The notes under the pieces are model-generated. The model made no database searches. It worked only from the letters and a program-made list of their open reading frames with translations, and was not told the DNA's origin. Source: an uncultured delta proteobacterium (GTDB taxonomy: Bacteria > Desulfobacterota > Binatia > UBA9968). Taken from it: a DNA stretch of 64,000 nucleotides. Where the stretch lies: contig CAVTUQ010000019.1 in assembly GCA_963737905.1 (NCBI GenBank), positions 32,001 to 96,000 on the forward strand, read 5' to 3'. A program made the translations under genes and the position numbers. Below, piece by piece: positions 19,748 to 30,274 of this stretch (its first letter is position 1; each line of letters starts with the position of its first letter).

Positions 19748-20833
19748 TTTGTGGCGGTGGCGATTGCTGCAGCCTTCACTGCGATTGTGTCAGCCGCGGA
19801 GATACCTAAGTGGAAAGAAGAATGGCTGAGAGTGGCGGAAGCGGCCAAGAAGGAAGGGCAGGTTTCGCTCTACGGTGGGCAAGAAATCACCCATCCGGAT
19901 ATCATCGCGGCGTTCAACAAAGAGTTTCCTTTCATTAAAGTCCTGACCACCAGTGGACGCGGCGGAGATCTGCTCGCGCGCATTATATCAGAGCGGCGAG
20001 CGGACAAATATTTAGTGGACGTTATTGCGACTGGCCCCAACGGGCCGCGCATGCTTTATTTGGCCAAAGCGTTGGACCCCATCGCGCCAGCGCTAATTCT
20101 GCCCGAGGTCACGGATGTGTCCAAATGGTACAGCGGGAAGCACTGGTACGCGGACCCCGAGAATCAATACATCTTCATGTTCGAAGGTACTCTGAACAGC
20201 ACCGCCCTTTCGTATAACACGAAGCTCATGCATCCCGACGAGATCACGTCTTATTGGGATCTCTTGAGGCCGGAATGGAAAGGCAAACTCTTGACCTTGG
20301 ACCCGCGGGGGACGACGCCGCCGACAACGGTCTTGAATCTCTATCATAGACCCGGGCTCGGCGCAGACTTTGTGCGGCGATTTTACTCGGAAATGGAGGT
20401 CACCTTCTTCAGAGACCGGCGCCAGGGAACGAATTGGTTGGCCACGGGGAAATTCCCACTCTGTTTTCTGTGCCGGGATATTGACAAGGCGAATAGACAA
20501 GGTCTCCCGGTGGATGTGATTCTACCCGATCGCATCAAGGAAGGCGGAACGTTAGGCGGAGGCAGCGCGAGTAATCTAGCGCTGATCAATCGCGCGCCGC
20601 ATCCCAACGCGGCCAAGGTTTTCATAAATTGGTACCTATCCCGAAAGGGCCAATCAGTCTGGCAAAAGGTGATGAATACCAAAGAATTGGAAGCTTCGGA
20701 GTCGATGCGGAGCGACATCCCGAAGGACGACGTGTTGCTCGAGGGCCGGCGTGTCGAAGGCAAAGAGTATCAAGTTGTCGGCTTTTTGGACCCAGAGCCG
20801 GTGCAGAAGTTGTTGCAGGAGATTTTGAAGTAA
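19742..20833 (+). CDS. Extracellular solute-binding protein (AfuA-like)
   Basis: Signal peptide, EAAKKEGQV, LLRPEWKGK, RAPHPNAAKVFINW. Start is uncertain. Confidence 0.88.
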   Translation: MTFVAVAIAAAFTAIVSAAEIPKWKEEWLRVAEAAKKEGQVSLYGGQEITHPDIIAAFNKEFPFIKVLTTSGRGGDLLARIISERRADKYLVDVIATGPNGPRMLYLAKALDPIAPALILPEVTDVSKWYSGKHWYADPENQYIFMFEGTLNSTALSYNTKLMHPDEITSYWDLLRPEWKGKLLTLDPRGTTPPTTVLNLYHRPGLGADFVRRFYSEMEVTFFRDRRQGTNWLATGKFPLCFLCRDIDKANRQGLPVDVILPDRIKEGGTLGGGSASNLALINRAPHPNAAKVFINWYLSRKGQSVWQKVMNTKELEASESMRSDIPKDDVLLEGRRVEGKEYQVVGFLDPEPVQKLLQEILK

Positions 20834-20930
20834 GAGACAAGTTCACCACGAAGAACGCGAAGTTCACGAAGGAAGAGATCGAAAGGCGGATTTTTAGCCG
20901 CAAAGAACCTAGCGCGGCAAGGAGACGAAC

Positions 20931-21878
20931 ATGTCCGAATACAACACAATGGATATTCGCGGTTTCTACCGTTCGCACTCGCACCTGCCCATCTGGGAAC
21001 TGATGGACAAGGCAGGGATCTGGGAGCGGGTCGGATTGAAAGTGACTTTCGAGTTTTGCGACAGTTCGTCGGCGGCGGAGAAAGCACTTTTCGACGGCAG
21101 CGTCGATTTTGTCTCCGGGAACCACATCTCGCCTTACTTGTTGGTGCGCCGTGGAAAGCCGATTGTAAGCCTCACTTCGCCGTCCAACAGCGTGAACGAT
21201 AAGTTGGTGGCTCGGTTTCCGATCAAGAAGATCTCGGAGTTACGTGGAAAGCGCATCGGCGATACCACACTGGTGGATTCCATCGGCGGCTACCATCACC
21301 CGCGAGGCAATCACATGCTGTATGTCATGCGCGGCGGTTTGCGCCTGGATGAGGTGGAATTTGTGGAGCTGACGGAATCGAACAACGAGTTTCACGCGAT
21401 GCAGCTCGAAGTCGTCAAGTCCGGCAAAGTCGACGCCGTTTTTGTTACCGGAAATACAGATAAGTTCGAGCAGGCCGGTTTGCATGTTTTGCCGTTGGAG
21501 CGGCTGCCCATGATCAATGGGCCGACGTTGACATCGACGTTGACCACACTGCAAAAGAAACCGGGCTTAGCAGAGCGGCTAGTGAAGGCGCAAGTGATGG
21601 GTATCCACTTCGCGCGCACCCGGCGCGGCGAGACGGAAGACATTCTCGCCGGGCTGCGCCGGCGGGTGCCGGAGGCGAAAAACGCGGCCTATCGGAGCGT
21701 GGCGAAACTATTGCCCAAGCCCTATCCGGATCATGAAGGCGTGGCGAACGCTTACAAGCTCTGCTGTCTCAAGAGTCCCGAGACGGAGGAGATGAGCCCT
21801 ATGGCACTGTGGGACCTTCACTACCTTAGAGAATTGGACAGCTCAGGATTCATCGATGCGCTTTATGCGAACGACTGA
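20931..21878 (+). CDS. SsuA/NMT1-like SBP-fold protein without a signal peptide
   Basis: KAGIWERVGL, ALFDGSVDF, ELRGKRIG, LRELDSSGFIDALY; no hydrophobic N-terminus; RBS AGGAG upstream. Confidence 0.75.
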   Translation: MSEYNTMDIRGFYRSHSHLPIWELMDKAGIWERVGLKVTFEFCDSSSAAEKALFDGSVDFVSGNHISPYLLVRRGKPIVSLTSPSNSVNDKLVARFPIKKISELRGKRIGDTTLVDSIGGYHHPRGNHMLYVMRGGLRLDEVEFVELTESNNEFHAMQLEVVKSGKVDAVFVTGNTDKFEQAGLHVLPLERLPMINGPTLTSTLTTLQKKPGLAERLVKAQVMGIHFARTRRGETEDILAGLRRRVPEAKNAAYRSVAKLLPKPYPDHEGVANAYKLCCLKSPETEEMSPMALWDLHYLRELDSSGFIDALYAND

Positions 21879-22014
21879 GCGCGCTCTTGCGGGATGCGTC
21901 GCCCAGTCGCCGGAACTCGGGGCACTACGGTTGACATTGACTTTCGCGTGGGGGACTATTCTGCCGTGGTTTATGTGGAAAGTGTTTCTTTGGTCATTCC
22001 CAGTCGGAGGTAGA

Positions 22015-23145
22015 ATGATGTTGGGTATATTCGGGAGCAGGTTTGTAGCGGCCGGAGCAATGATGCTCTTGTTCTTCGCGTTGGCGGGAGAAGGCGGGGC
22101 CCAATCCAATTGGCAGAAGGAATGGGAAAAGACTCTCGCAGAGGCGAAAAAAGAGGGACAGGTCAATATCTATATATATCGCTACGAGCGGCTGCTGCAG
22201 GATTTCAGGAAGGAATACCCCGATATTAATGTTGTTTCCGTCACCGGAAGAGGGACGGAGTTGACAGCACGCATTATGGCAGAGCGACGGGCCGGTAAAT
22301 ATATCGCGGACGTTTACAGCGGTGGAACTAACGGTAACTACAATACATTTTATAAGGGTAAAGTCCTCGATCCAATTAAGCCGGCACTGATTCTCCCCGA
22401 AGTTACCGATCAATCCAAGTGGTACGGGAATGAACACCGTTACGCCGACCGGGAAGGGCAATACATCTTTGCCTATCTTGCGAATCCGAGCGGCGCGCAA
22501 CTCGCTTTCAACTTGAATCTCGTCAACCCGAAGGATTTCAAGTCCTACTGGGATGTTACGAATTCCAAGTGGAAGGGTAAGATCGTGTCACTTGATCCTA
22601 GAGACACCGGGTTGGGTGCGACTATGCAGTTCCTCTACTATAACCCGGAGATCGGTCCTGAGTTCATGAAGAAGTTTTTTGGCGGCATGGATATGCAGTT
22701 TGTCAAGAATTTCCGCCAAATGACCGACTGGTTGGCCCAGGGAAAGTATGCTATCTGCATGGGCTGTAAGGATTCCATGAGGGCCAAGAATCAGGGGCTT
22801 CCTGTGGACGACTTTGATACGACGAAGTGGAAAGAGGGGTCGAGCTTTTCCTCGGGTGGCGGCTCGCTCAGCCTGCTGAATCAGGCGCCGCACCCTAATG
22901 CGGCCAGGGTTTTTATCAACTGGTTTCTCTCGCGCAAGGGACAGTTGGCGTTGCAAAAACTGGGCGACCCAGATGATCCACCTAACTCACGGCGCATAGA
23001 CATTTCCAAGGACGACGTCCCGATGGACGCCCGCCTGCAGCCCGGGGCCAAATATTTTGACGTCGTGAAGCCGGAATACGGCGACATGAAGCCGATTTTC
23101 GATCTCGCTAAGGAGATCATGGCGGCGAACGAGGCGAAGAAATAG
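22015..23145 (+). CDS. Extracellular solute-binding protein (AfuA-like)
   Basis: GGAGG RBS, signal peptide, WEKTLAEAKKEGQV, QAPHPNAARVFINW. Confidence 0.9.
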   Translation: MMLGIFGSRFVAAGAMMLLFFALAGEGGAQSNWQKEWEKTLAEAKKEGQVNIYIYRYERLLQDFRKEYPDINVVSVTGRGTELTARIMAERRAGKYIADVYSGGTNGNYNTFYKGKVLDPIKPALILPEVTDQSKWYGNEHRYADREGQYIFAYLANPSGAQLAFNLNLVNPKDFKSYWDVTNSKWKGKIVSLDPRDTGLGATMQFLYYNPEIGPEFMKKFFGGMDMQFVKNFRQMTDWLAQGKYAICMGCKDSMRAKNQGLPVDDFDTTKWKEGSSFSSGGGSLSLLNQAPHPNAARVFINWFLSRKGQLALQKLGDPDDPPNSRRIDISKDDVPMDARLQPGAKYFDVVKPEYGDMKPIFDLAKEIMAANEAKK

Positions 23146-23153
23146 GAGGGACC

Positions 23154-24324
23154 ATGCTGACTCGTGAAGAAAATGAGATGTTGACTCGAGTTGGGCGGGG
23201 GACAGCGGCCGGCGAACTGCTGCGCCGGTACTGGCAGCCCGTGGCCGCCGCCGGTGAACTAACCGATGAAAAGCCGATTAAAGCGGTGCGCCTCCTGGGT
23301 GAAAACCTCGTTGTGTATCGTGACAAGCGGGGAAGCTATGGCCTGGTGGGCGAACAATGCCCGCATCGCAAGGCGTCCTTGGCTTTTGGTCGCGTCGATG
23401 AAGACGGCATTCGTTGTCCGTATCACGGTTGGAAATATGACTGCACAGGAAGGTGTCTTGAACAGCCCGCCGAACCCGAATCCGGCGGATTCAAAGACAA
23501 GATCAAACATCTCGCGTATCCGGTGCAGAAGTTAGGCGGGCTCTTGTGGGCCTATCTCGGACCGGAACCGAAGCCGCTACTGCCCCGCTGGGACGTGTTG
23601 GCATGGGAGAACGGCAAACGTTGGATCGAGAAGCACGAGATTTACAACTGCAACTGGCTGCAGCCCATGGAGAACTCTGTCGATCCCTCGCATCTCTACT
23701 GGCTCCATGGCGACACCGCACACCTGGTCGGTGCGGTGGAGCGGTACGAAGAAGAGCACGAATTCATCCCGTTCGAATTCGGCATCATGAAAGTACGACG
23801 GACGCCGGGGAAAAAACCCAGCGACAGGTCAGAGATCGACCAGCATCCGCTGGTTTTTCCGAACACGCTGCGGCATGTCTTCCGGATGATAAAAACCGAT
23901 AGCCTGCTTGCGCCATAACTTGCAGATCCGTGTGCCGGTGGACGACACGCACACGCAAATCTACGTCGTTTATTTCACGCCCAACGACACCGATCTTTCG
24001 CCCGCGGAGGGCGACGCGCCGTGGGAGTTTTTCCCGATCAGGGATGAGCGAGGTCAGTATCGTCTCGACCACGTGCTGGTACAGGATGCGATGGCTTGGG
24101 AAACCCAAGGAGCGATCACGGATCGGACGCAAGAACATCTCGGCGTGGGCGACGAAGGCATTATTATCTTTCGGAAGCTTTTGCACGAGCAGATCGAAAT
24201 CGTGCGCAATGGCCGAGAACCGCTGGGGGTAGTGCGGGATCCCGGCAAGAATCGGCTCATAGAATTCGACGTCATCAACGAACGGATCGCTGTTTACGGC
24301 ACTGAGCGGCAGAAGGTCGCGTGA
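23154..24324 (+). CDS. Rieske non-heme iron oxygenase alpha subunit (phthalate 4,5-dioxygenase/LigX-like), frameshift near 23900
   Basis: CPHRKASL...CPYHGW Rieske motif, ENSVDPSHLYWLH. C-terminal part (VPVDDTHT, QDAMAWETQGAITDR) is in ORF 23908-24324. Confidence 0.9.
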
Positions 24325-24342
24325 TGTGCGGTTCACACCAAG

Positions 24343-24424
24343 GGACTGTGTCGAAATAGCGCTGTCATCCCGAGCGAATGCGAGGGATCTAAAACAGATT
24401 TCTCCCTTCGGTCGAAATGACAGA
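24343..24424. repeat. TGTCA REP doublet with a partial MITE end
   Basis: gactgtgtcg...tgtcatcccgagcgaatgcgagggatct...agatttctcccttcggtcgaaatgaca; same family as 38917-39036. Confidence 0.65.
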
Positions 24425-24486
24425 AGAGATGAACAGTTAAGAGAAGTGAATCACGGCCATCAGGGAGTTTTCAGGAGGAGCTTGCA

Positions 24487-25584
24487 ATGGCAGTTGATCA
24501 AAGACCACAGGATCTCAAGCCGGAAAGGATCGATACTTACAAGGACTGGCAAGCGGAGCAGAAGATTCCAGTCGTGCGCGGCTTCTTCGTCGAGGACGTG
24601 AACAAAGTCGAACTCGAATACTGGGACCTGAAAGGCGTTCCCTGTTCTTTCGTTGTTCTCGACGGTACCGGAGGCACCAACGACGCGTACGTTTGCGAGA
24701 TCCCGGCGGGCGGCAAAACCAAACCGCAAAAACACATGTACGAAGAGATGGTCTACGTCACCCAGGGCTATGGCGCGACTACGGTCTGGCAAAGAGACGG
24801 CAAGAAGCACACTTTCGAGTGGGGACCGGGAAGCATGTTTGCGATTCCGATCAACGCCGACTATCAGCATTTTAACGCCAGCGGCAGCGATCCGGCGCGC
24901 TATTTTGCCGTGACCAACTGCTGCTTCATGATGAACTTGTTCCACAACGTCGATTATATCTTTAACAGCGACTACACCTTTTTTGACCGTTTTGATCCGC
25001 GCACCGAGGGTTATTTCAGCGGCCAGGGCGAGCTCACGGGACGCTTCTTCCTGACCACCAACTTCGTGTCCGACACCCACACTCTCAAGCTCACCGAGTA
25101 CAACGAGCGCGGCAAGGGCAGCACCAACATGAAATTCAACCTGGCAAAAAACACCATGGGCGCGCATATCTCCGAATTTCCGGTGGGGACTTATAAAAAA
25201 GGGCACCGGCATGGTCCCGGCGCCCACGTAATTATCTTGACCGGCCAGGGCTACTCCATCCTGTGGCCGGAAGGTGAGGAGATGAAGCGGGTCGATTGGA
25301 AGCCTGGGAGCGTCGTCGTTCCTCCTGATCGGTGGTTCCATCAACATTTCAACTCCGGCGCAAAGCCGGCGCGCTACCTGGCGCTCCGCTGGAACAACTG
25401 GCGCTTTCGTTTCATGCGTTCGCAGGACGGCGAGGGAGGCACATTCACGAGCGTCAAATTGGGCGGCGGCCAGATCGAGTTCGAGGATGAGGACCCGCAG
25501 ATTCACCGTGACTTCGAAGCGGCGATGAAATCCGCCGGCGCGCACTGCAACATGCCTTATCACCCGGGGTGCACGCAAAAGTAG
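24487..25584 (+). CDS. Bicupin protein, paralog of 8964-10001
   Basis: QKHMYEE...YQHFN and GHRHGPG...FHQHFN motifs; AGGAGG RBS. Confidence 0.87.
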   Translation: MAVDQRPQDLKPERIDTYKDWQAEQKIPVVRGFFVEDVNKVELEYWDLKGVPCSFVVLDGTGGTNDAYVCEIPAGGKTKPQKHMYEEMVYVTQGYGATTVWQRDGKKHTFEWGPGSMFAIPINADYQHFNASGSDPARYFAVTNCCFMMNLFHNVDYIFNSDYTFFDRFDPRTEGYFSGQGELTGRFFLTTNFVSDTHTLKLTEYNERGKGSTNMKFNLAKNTMGAHISEFPVGTYKKGHRHGPGAHVIILTGQGYSILWPEGEEMKRVDWKPGSVVVPPDRWFHQHFNSGAKPARYLALRWNNWRFRFMRSQDGEGGTFTSVKLGGGQIEFEDEDPQIHRDFEAAMKSAGAHCNMPYHPGCTQK

Positions 25585-25722
25585 TCGCGCATAAGCGCGC
25601 CTACTTGTGTTCAAGGTTCCAGGTTCGACGTTCAATGTGTGAAGGCCAAATCTTAAATCCGATTCGTTGAACCTTGAACGTGGAACGTTGAACCTATAAC
25701 AGGGAGCAGGCAGGCAAAACCG

Positions 25723-26736
25723 ATGGCGCGGTTGAGATTGAGCTTCGTTTCCGCATTCAACGAGAGAGTCGAGCCGCTCATGAACGGCAGCGTTCAGCCC
25801 GAAGGCGTCGAGCTGATTTCGACCTATTCAGATCCTTCGGAGACTTTCTGGCGCCAGCTCAAATTCCAAGAGTTTGAGATTTCCGAGATGTCGCTTTCGT
25901 CCTATCTCATCGCCAAATCCCGTGGGATGGATATGGTGGCGATACCGGTTTTTCCGTCCAGACGGTTTATGCACGCGCAGCTCTCGTACCATGCCGATTC
26001 GGGCATTTGCCAGCCCAGCGACGTTACGGGCAAGCGAATCGGCGTCGGCGAATACCAGCAGACCGCTTCCCTCTGGGTGCGCGGCGTTTTGGAGCATGAT
26101 TTCGGCGTGTCGCAATACCGGGTTCATTGGTACATGGAGAGAAGCGAGGAGTTGAGCCATGGGGGCGCTACGGGATTTACGCCGCCGCCGGGAATTTCGT
26201 TCCAGCGAATTCCGCCGGACAAGAGTCTCGCCTCCATGCTCGTGGCTAACGAAATCGATGTTGCTGCGGTCAACCGAGCGTTTCAAAAGGATAGCAACAT
26301 AATCGACCGCTCCACCCATATCCGCGCTCGCGGGGGCGACTGGAGCAAGGTCAAGCCTCTTTTTCCCGACATGATCGCCGAAGGGACGCGGTTCTTCACC
26401 AAACATGGTTTCATCCCCGCAAACCATGCCTATGTCATCAGAGGCGACGTGGACAGAAAATATCCCTGGCTCGCATTCAACCTGTTCAGCGCCTTTGTCA
26501 AAGCGAAGGCAATTGCCCAAGATCAACTGGCCGATAGCATTCCAACGGGATTAATTTTCGGCAAAGAGTATTTCGCGAAAACAAGAGATATCTTTGGCGC
26601 AGATCCTTTTCCTTACGGCATCAAACAGAATCGCCCGATGCTCCAGACCATCATCGAATATTCGCATGAGCAGGGTTTGACGCCGAAAAAGAGCGAGCTC
26701 GAAGATCTTTTCGCGCCCAGCACCTTGGACCTTTGA
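25723..26736 (+). CDS. 4,5-dihydroxyphthalate decarboxylase-like protein (SBP fold)
   Basis: ETFWRQLKFQEFEISEMSLSSY, PVFPSRRF, GVGEYQQTASLWVRG, DPFPYGI, YSHEQGL. Confidence 0.85.
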   Translation: MARLRLSFVSAFNERVEPLMNGSVQPEGVELISTYSDPSETFWRQLKFQEFEISEMSLSSYLIAKSRGMDMVAIPVFPSRRFMHAQLSYHADSGICQPSDVTGKRIGVGEYQQTASLWVRGVLEHDFGVSQYRVHWYMERSEELSHGGATGFTPPPGISFQRIPPDKSLASMLVANEIDVAAVNRAFQKDSNIIDRSTHIRARGGDWSKVKPLFPDMIAEGTRFFTKHGFIPANHAYVIRGDVDRKYPWLAFNLFSAFVKAKAIAQDQLADSIPTGLIFGKEYFAKTRDIFGADPFPYGIKQNRPMLQTIIEYSHEQGLTPKKSELEDLFAPSTLDL

Positions 26737-26767
26737 CCCTCTGACCTGGGCTTGAGAGGAAACTCTC

Positions 26768-27876
26768 ATGATCCGCAACGCCGTCCTGAACCGGACGTTA
26801 ATCGTTTTAACGCTGCAATTTTTCTTTCGCCCGCAAGCGACTGCCGCTGAAATCGCCTGGGAGATCGAATGGGAGCGCACGGTCAAAGCCGCTGAGCAAG
26901 AAGGGCAGGTCGTTGTCTACAAGATCGCCCACGACGCGGAATGGCACGCCTTCCAGAAAAAGTTTCCCAAGATCAAAGTTATCTTGGTACCCGGCGGCGC
27001 CGCGCAGATCCAGCAACGCATTTTAGCCGAGCGAAGGGCGGGAAAGTTTCTCGCCGATGTGATCCGGCTCGGTGGCGGTACCTCTACGTCGCTCTACAAA
27101 GCCAAGGCGCTCGATCCAATAGGCCCGGCGCTGATTCTTTCCGAAGTCAAAGATGTTTCGAAATGGCTCGACGGCAAACATCACTACAACGACATCGATA
27201 ATCAGTATGTTTTTGTCTACGCGGCCTTTCCCTTGCATTTGCTCGGCTACAATCAAAAATTAGTCGACCCGAAAACATTGACGAGCTATTGGGATCTTCT
27301 CGACGCGAAGTGGAAAGGCAAGATCACCCTCAAAGACCCGCGGGAGCCCGGCGGCGGAAGCCCGCTGGTGTTTCTCTACCACAACCCGCAGCTCGGACCG
27401 GAGTACATAAAAAATCTTTTCTCTGTGGCCGGCGTTACCTTGGTGCGAGACGAGCGCCAACAGACCGACTGGATCGGTTCGGGGAGATTCCCGCTCGCCA
27501 TCACGGCGAAGGCGGATCAAGTCCAAGAAGCGAAGAAGCAGGGATTGCCCGTCGAGATGCTTGACGCCCACGCTTTCAAGAAAGACGGTGTCGGCCTGGA
27601 AGCCGGGGGAACTATGATTGCGCTGGCAAACAAAGCGCCGCATCCCAACGCGGCGAAGGTGCTGATTAACTGGTTTTTATCCCGCGAGGGACAGACGGCT
27701 ATCCAGAAAACCGGCCCCGGTGAGCCCGGCCAGAACTCCCTGCGTGAAGATATTCCGAAAGAGCATTTGCCGCATGGGCGCAGCGTCAGAAGGGAGTTAA
27801 GTATATTCGCCTCTGGGGGCCGGATGCGTGGGACAGGGAAGCCGTAACGAAATTAGTCACGGAGCTGGCGAAGTGA
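26768..27876 (+). CDS. Extracellular solute-binding protein (AfuA-like), frameshift near 27772
   Basis: WERTVKAAEQEGQV, KAPHPNAAKVLINW. The natural C-terminus WAQRQKGVKYIRLW...ELAK* is in the shifted frame. Confidence 0.85.
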
Positions 27877-28005
27877 GAGTGTTGCCCCTATCCTAGCCTT
27901 CCCCCGGAGGCGGGGGAAGGAATAAGTCGGTTGGGCGAAAGGTCAGTCTGTCGTTCTGTCGGAAACTATTTTTGCTAAGTGAAAAATCATCCAGGGGGAA
28001 ATACC

Positions 28006-29217
28006 ATGATCAAACCGAGTGAGCTCACATGGGATGATGTCGTTAGAGTAGGACCCGGCACGCCGGGAGGGAACTATCTGCGATCGTTTTGGTGGCCCGT
28101 GGCGGTTTCAGAGGAAGTCAAGGATATCCCCGTGCCCGTAAAACTTCTCGGCGAAGAACTGGTGCTTTTCCGCGATCTCTCAGGCGAGTTGGTGCTGCTC
28201 GGAGGCTACTGCTCGCACCGCCGTGCCTCACTGGAGTATGGCATCATTCAAGCGAACGGTATTCGTTGCGCCTATCACGGATGGTGCTACGACCGGCGAG
28301 GTAGAGTGGTGGACCGGCCTGCCGAGCCGATCAAGACCGCGACCCACATTCAGCACCCATGGTATCCCACGCAGGAATTGAGCGGGTTTGTGTTCGCTTA
28401 TTTAGGCAAAGACAAAGAAAGTCCGCCGCCGCTGCCCAGGTACGACGTGCTCGTCCAAGACGGTTACCGAGTGGTGGAAAGAGGCGACGCCGAGGCCGGC
28501 AAAGCTTACAACTGCAACTGGCTCCAGGGCGTGGAAAACACCACGGACACAACCCACCTAACTTATCTTCACCGAATCTACGAAAAGTGTCCCGCGTTCA
28601 AGCCGGTGGAAAGCGAATACGGCGTCAAGCTGTACATCTTGGAGCCGCGCACGAAACCCAATCATGTGGCATTGCGAAAAAGATGCACCGTGCTGCCTAC
28701 GATCAATCGAAAATCCCGCGAGCTTCGGCCCAAAAATCCCGGTGAGCGTGGCGTTACGCTCCAGCAGGCCATTTGGGTTATTCCGATCGACGACACCCAC
28801 TGCGAGGAGATGCGCCTGACGGTTTATCCGGAAAAACCCAGCGAGCGCAGATATCATGGCGCGTATTTGGATCAAGCCAAAGAACGGGAAAGAAAACCGT
28901 ACGACCGGCGCTTTTACGGCGAGATCAAGGGCAACGTTCCTCTAGAAGACAAAGCTATGGTGGAGAGTCAGGGGTCCATCGTCGATCGTACGCTGGAACA
29001 TCCCGGTTACGGGGACAGAGCGATTCTGCTTCTCCGCAAAATGATCCGCGATGGCATCGCTGAGGTGGCTAACGGCGGCACGCCGAAGGGCGTGCTGCGC
29101 GAGAATAGGGCGCTGGTCGATCTCGATATCGGCGTTGAAGAGTATGCCATCGATAAAGTCCCCGAGGGAAGAGCAGCGCTGCTGGCGGAACTGCGGCAGC
29201 AATCGGAGCAAATATGA
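28006..29217 (+). CDS. Rieske non-heme iron oxygenase alpha subunit
   Basis: CSHRRASL...CAYHGW, ENTTDTTHLTYLH, EDKAMVESQG. Confidence 0.9.
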   Translation: MIKPSELTWDDVVRVGPGTPGGNYLRSFWWPVAVSEEVKDIPVPVKLLGEELVLFRDLSGELVLLGGYCSHRRASLEYGIIQANGIRCAYHGWCYDRRGRVVDRPAEPIKTATHIQHPWYPTQELSGFVFAYLGKDKESPPPLPRYDVLVQDGYRVVERGDAEAGKAYNCNWLQGVENTTDTTHLTYLHRIYEKCPAFKPVESEYGVKLYILEPRTKPNHVALRKRCTVLPTINRKSRELRPKNPGERGVTLQQAIWVIPIDDTHCEEMRLTVYPEKPSERRYHGAYLDQAKERERKPYDRRFYGEIKGNVPLEDKAMVESQGSIVDRTLEHPGYGDRAILLLRKMIRDGIAEVANGGTPKGVLRENRALVDLDIGVEEYAIDKVPEGRAALLAELRQQSEQI

Positions 29218-30095
29218 AAAACACCGGCGATGCTGTGGCGCCGTTGGAGCGCTTGGGGTTTATCGGCCTTGGCAACATGGGCGGCGCCATCGCTCTGCGA
29301 CTTTTACGGGCCGGCTACCCGCTGACTGTCCTCGATCTCGATGAGGAAAAGTTGAAGCGGCTCGTACGCGAGGGCGCGAGCAGCGCGACTACACCGGGCG
29401 AAATTGCCGACCGGTCTACCATCGTCCTGGCGTCGCTGCAGCCGGCTGATGTTGAAAGAGTCGCCTGCGGCGAAAACGGCATCGCCGACGCGAAAAAGGA
29501 CGGCTTGGTCTTTGTCGATCTGAGCAGCACTGCGCCGGAGCTTGCTATCAAAGTCTCCGATGCCCTGCGCGTGCGCGGCATCGAGATGCTCGATGCGCCG
29601 CTGAGCGGCGCCGACATCGGCGCCACCAACGGCAACCTCACGATCTTTGTCGGCGGTAATTATGCCGCCTATCAGCGCTGCCTGCCGGTGCTTCAACATG
29701 TCGGGCGGATGGTCACGTACTTGGGCAAGAATGGCAACGGACAGATCGGCAAACGGATCAATCAAATGATGCAAGCTTTATCGGAACTGGCGATCTACGA
29801 AGGCTTGCTGTTGGCGAAAAAATCCGGCCTCGACTTGAAGATGTTCGCCCGCGCGGCTTCCGGAGGTTGCGCGCAGTCGTGGCGCTTGGATGAGTTGGTC
29901 GATAACGTTTTCAACAAAGGCGACACGACTTACCAACTTGGCTTGCGTCCGGGTCGCACCGGGAACGCGCTCAAGATGGCCGAGACACTTGGGTTAAACT
30001 TGGCGGGAGCGAAGGCGGCCGATCAAATTTTCTCACGCCAAGGTTGGCGGGTGGAGATCGATTTTGAAAAAGACGAGCTGCCGGATCCAGTATGA
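29214..30095 (+). CDS. NAD(P)-dependent oxidoreductase, 3-hydroxyisobutyrate dehydrogenase family
   Basis: GFIGLGNMG, VDLSS, DAPLSG, GQIGKRINQ; ATGA overlap with the Rieske gene. Confidence 0.9.
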   Translation: MKNTGDAVAPLERLGFIGLGNMGGAIALRLLRAGYPLTVLDLDEEKLKRLVREGASSATTPGEIADRSTIVLASLQPADVERVACGENGIADAKKDGLVFVDLSSTAPELAIKVSDALRVRGIEMLDAPLSGADIGATNGNLTIFVGGNYAAYQRCLPVLQHVGRMVTYLGKNGNGQIGKRINQMMQALSELAIYEGLLLAKKSGLDLKMFARAASGGCAQSWRLDELVDNVFNKGDTTYQLGLRPGRTGNALKMAETLGLNLAGAKAADQIFSRQGWRVEIDFEKDELPDPV

Positions 30096-30274
30096 TTAAA
30101 ATGATTTTGGATTTTCGATTGAGGATAGAAACACGCGAGCCGATAGAGCATTATTCGGTGAGGACCGAAGAGTTTGGGAGTAATGCGAGAATATGACCAG
30201 GATAGGACAAAGAAGGTAGGCTTTTATTTCTCCCACTTCGGGAAGAGCTTTGTAGACCATTTTGGAGACTGAAT

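Noticed and set aside
21931-21962. TTGACA upstream of the SBP at 22015 as a sigma70 promoter
   Set aside because: No good -10 hexamer at 16-18 nt spacing; TATTCT is 20 nt away.
24460-25635. Long antisense ORFs (e.g. 24460-25635, 48983-50005, 9090-9935, 51861-52724)
   Set aside because: They are shadows of strongly supported + strand genes in GC-rich DNA and show no recognisable motifs.
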